Shown one piece after another: positions 61,773 to 64,000 of a DNA stretch of 64,000 bases. The first letter of the stretch is position 1. Each line of letters opens with the position of its first letter. The notes under the pieces are model-generated. The model did not search any database. It saw only the letters and a program-made list of their open reading frames with translations, and was not told the DNA's origin. Origin of the DNA: a virus; the IMG/VR virus record IMGVR_UViG_3300006033_000025; one strand, given 5' to 3'. The translations under genes and the position numbers were made by a program.

Positions 61773-63005
61773 TTACTTGGCCGCTGCGTCGTCGCCAGCG
61801 CCCTCGTTCTTCTCTTCCTCAGTCTCGGCCTCCAGCGGCTGGTCCTTCAGCCACACGAGGTGCTTCAGCACGTCAGCGGCGCCGAACTTGCGGATCAGCT
61901 TCAGCAGGCCGAGATGGATCGAGCGCGTCTTGCGATCGAAGCCCTCGCGGACCTTCAGCGGCTGCGGGCGCATCTTGAAGCCGCCGTCCTGCACCTGCTT
62001 GAACCACGTCGGCTGGGCCGCCGCGATCTTGGCACAGATGAAGTCCTCACCGAGCTGCACCCAGTTGGTGGTGCCCTTGACGACGTCCTCCAGCTTGGCG
62101 ATGGCCTTGACGAACTCGGCCGGCAGCCACGTGCTGCGGTCGGTGCCGGTCACGATGTTGGCGGGCTCGTCGGCGACGATGATCTTGTAGCTCTCGTCGA
62201 AGCCGGCGTTCAGCGCCGCATCGACGAAGTCCTTCCAGCCGGGCTGGCTCTCGAACTGGGCGAAGGCATAGGCCCGCGCCTGCTGGATCGCCGCGATCTC
62301 CTTGGCGCGGCGGGCCTCGTTCGCCTTGCGCTGTGCCTCACGGCGCGAGAGGTGCTTCTGCCAGTCAGCTTCGGCATTGGCCGTCTCCAGGCTGCGGCCT
62401 TCGATGCCGTCAGGGAGGCGCACCAGCGGCTGGCAGTCGCTGTCGAACCACGCGGGCTGGAGAGCCAGCAGGTTCTCGGTCGCGCCCTCACGGAACAGGA
62501 CCATGGTCGGGTCCGTGACCGGGATTGAGGCCGGATCGTAGATGTCGAGGATGCCGCCGAGGCCGAGGGCCTCGAAGGTCGCGCTGCGGTAGTTCTCGAT
62601 GCCGCCGAGGCCGAGGAAGTTGATCTTCGACGCGATCTCGCTGATCTTCGCAGCTTCCTCCTGCCACCGGGTCATCAGCGCCGGGTACTTGGTGGGCGGG
62701 TTGGGCTTGTGCCACGCCGACGGGACGGCGTGCAGGCCGAGCGACGAACGCAGCGAGGCCGTGAGCTTGAGCTTGCCGGTGGACGCGAGAGCGGTCACCA
62801 CGAACTCGATGGCCGAGGTCGGCTCGGCGAGGCGGTACTTCTCGCTGACGTCGACGAACTCGGCGATCTGGCCGGCGAGGACCGTCAGGCCGGCGACGAT
62901 GTCGGACTCGGCAGCGCCGGTGAGGTCGAGGCTGTCGAGCACGCCCTGTGGCTCGGAGCCCTCGACGATGGACTTGATCTTTTCGAACTGGTAGCGGGTC
63001 AGCAT
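61773..63005 (-). CDS. hypothetical protein (410 aa)
   Basis: long GC3-rich ORF. Confidence 0.75.
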   Translation of the reverse strand: MLTRYQFEKIKSIVEGSEPQGVLDSLDLTGAAESDIVAGLTVLAGQIAEFVDVSEKYRLAEPTSAIEFVVTALASTGKLKLTASLRSSLGLHAVPSAWHKPNPPTKYPALMTRWQEEAAKISEIASKINFLGLGGIENYRSATFEALGLGGILDIYDPASIPVTDPTMVLFREGATENLLALQPAWFDSDCQPLVRLPDGIEGRSLETANAEADWQKHLSRREAQRKANEARRAKEIAAIQQARAYAFAQFESQPGWKDFVDAALNAGFDESYKIIVADEPANIVTGTDRSTWLPAEFVKAIAKLEDVVKGTTNWVQLGEDFICAKIAAAQPTWFKQVQDGGFKMRPQPLKVREGFDRKTRSIHLGLLKLIRKFGAADVLKHLVWLKDQPLEAETEEEKNEGAGDDAAAK

Positions 63006-63014
63006 GGGTTGCCC

Positions 63015-64000
63015 TTAGGCGGTTTTGACGAGCTTCTGAATCTCGCCTTGGTGGATGATGAACTTGGTGGCAGCGATGCCGTCGAACGGCTTCTCATCTT
63101 CCAGCCGGCCACGAACGGTGCTGGTGATGACGGTGTGCTTGAAGAACGGGGTGATCTTGTTGAACACCCAGTCGATGAAGAGCTTCTTGTTGCGGTCGTC
63201 GAGAATGTCGGCCGCGTCGATGATGAGCAGCGGCGAGTTGACGGTGCGCGCGATGGCGGCCATGACGCAGACCTCGACGCGCCAGCGCTCGGACTTGCTC
63301 ATGTTCACGTCGATCGACGAGTTGTTCAGCAGGATGCCACGGTCACGGTCGAGCGTGAGCTTCCGGCCGTTGAGGATGCTGGCGCCAAACTCGGACACCA
63401 GTTCGGTGAACTGGTTGCCGGTCTTGGCTGAGTTCGCGGCTTCTGCTTCTGCGATGTGCTTGGCAGCGAGGTCCCAGCGCTGCCACTCGGCCAGCGCCTT
63501 GGCCTTTGCCTGCTCGTATTCGGGCATGGCCTTCTGGTACGCATCCCAGGCGCCGCGTTCACGGCTGACCTGCTCGCGGTGCTTGGTGGCTGCTTCGAAC
63601 GTGGTCTTGGCCGCGACGACCTTGGTGTTCAGCTCTGCGCGGGTGTCGTGTGTCCCGAGCAGCAGCCCCTTCACGGCCTCAGCGGTGAACTCGCCGAGCA
63701 GTGCCTTGAGATCGTTCATGGCAGCCTCGCCTTCCTTGGCGAGCACCGGGACGGCAGGCGCAGACGGAGGTTCAGGGCATGCCAGCAGCCGGTTGTGGGC
63801 GTCGACGATCCAGTTCGAGAACTGCGTCTTGCAGTCCAGGATCTGCTCGGCCATCTTGTCGGAGCCCTTGATCTGCGTGCGTGCGACCAGCGCGATGAAG
63901 CCATCGAAGGCATCGAGCTTGGTGGCAGCCAGAGCCTGGAGGGCGCGGCGGTTCGGCAGCTTGTCGACGATGCTGGCTGCTGCGGCCAGCTTCTCGTACT
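63015..64000 (-). CDS. SbcC/RecF/SMC-like ABC ATPase, C-terminal part only (gene starts beyond window end)
   Basis: frame open to position 64000; C-terminal MSKSERWRVEVC (degenerate signature) and LLIIDAADILDD (Walker B/D-loop). Confidence 0.6.
   Translation of the reverse strand, partial: YEKLAAAASIVDKLPNRRALQALAATKLDAFDGFIALVARTQIKGSDKMAEQILDCKTQFSNWIVDAHNRLLACPEPPSAPAVPVLAKEGEAAMNDLKALLGEFTAEAVKGLLLGTHDTRAELNTKVVAAKTTFEAATKHREQVSRERGAWDAYQKAMPEYEQAKAKALAEWQRWDLAAKHIAEAEAANSAKTGNQFTELVSEFGASILNGRKLTLDRDRGILLNNSSIDVNMSKSERWRVEVCVMAAIARTVNSPLLIIDAADILDDRNKKLFIDWVFNKITPFFKHTVITSTVRGRLEDEKPFDGIAATKFIIHQGEIQKLVKTA

Overview
The window reads as a contiguous slice of a large, high-GC (about 60%) tailed-phage or prophage genome. 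Almost everything is on the minus strand, from 1 to about 51.1 kb and again from 52.9 to 64 kb. Genes are tightly packed and most junctions are 1-4 nt start/stop overlaps (ATGA, GTGA, TTGA, TAATG). The only plus-strand block is a short lysis-type cassette at 51.16-52.90 kb, closed by a 30-nt palindromic terminator. Genes I can support from motifs: a WGR + PARP-catalytic protein; a RelA/SpoT-type HD small alarmone hydrolase; a type IV prepilin-like small protein; an SPFH/band-7 membrane protein; flavin-dependent thymidylate synthase ThyX; dCTP deaminase; an NT5C-type 5'-deoxynucleotidase; a P-loop kinase; two MazG-like NTP pyrophosphohydrolases; family A DNA polymerase with 3'-5' exonuclease; a large putative primase/helicase; a DnaQ-like exonuclease; an SNF2/DExH helicase; ATP-dependent DNA ligase; a DHH/DHHA1 phosphoesterase; an SbcC-like ATPase (partial); a GNAT acetyltransferase; a DUF932-like protein with a ParB-like neighbour; a 3D-domain cell-wall hydrolase; spanin-like lysis proteins; and Lys/Ala-rich histone H1/AlgP-like basic proteins. 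Many small Cys4 zinc-ribbon and hypothetical early-type genes fill the rest. Non-coding signals: several intrinsic terminator hairpins; two intergenic arrays of five phased 10-bp repeats; and a recurrent A-rich leader motif upstream of several genes. I saw no tRNA, rRNA or CRISPR array. ORF coordinates follow the supplied six-frame track, which also reports GTG/TTG starts as M; internal starts were placed by codon counting from the track ORF starts, and positions taken by reading the sequence lines directly may be off by 1 nt.
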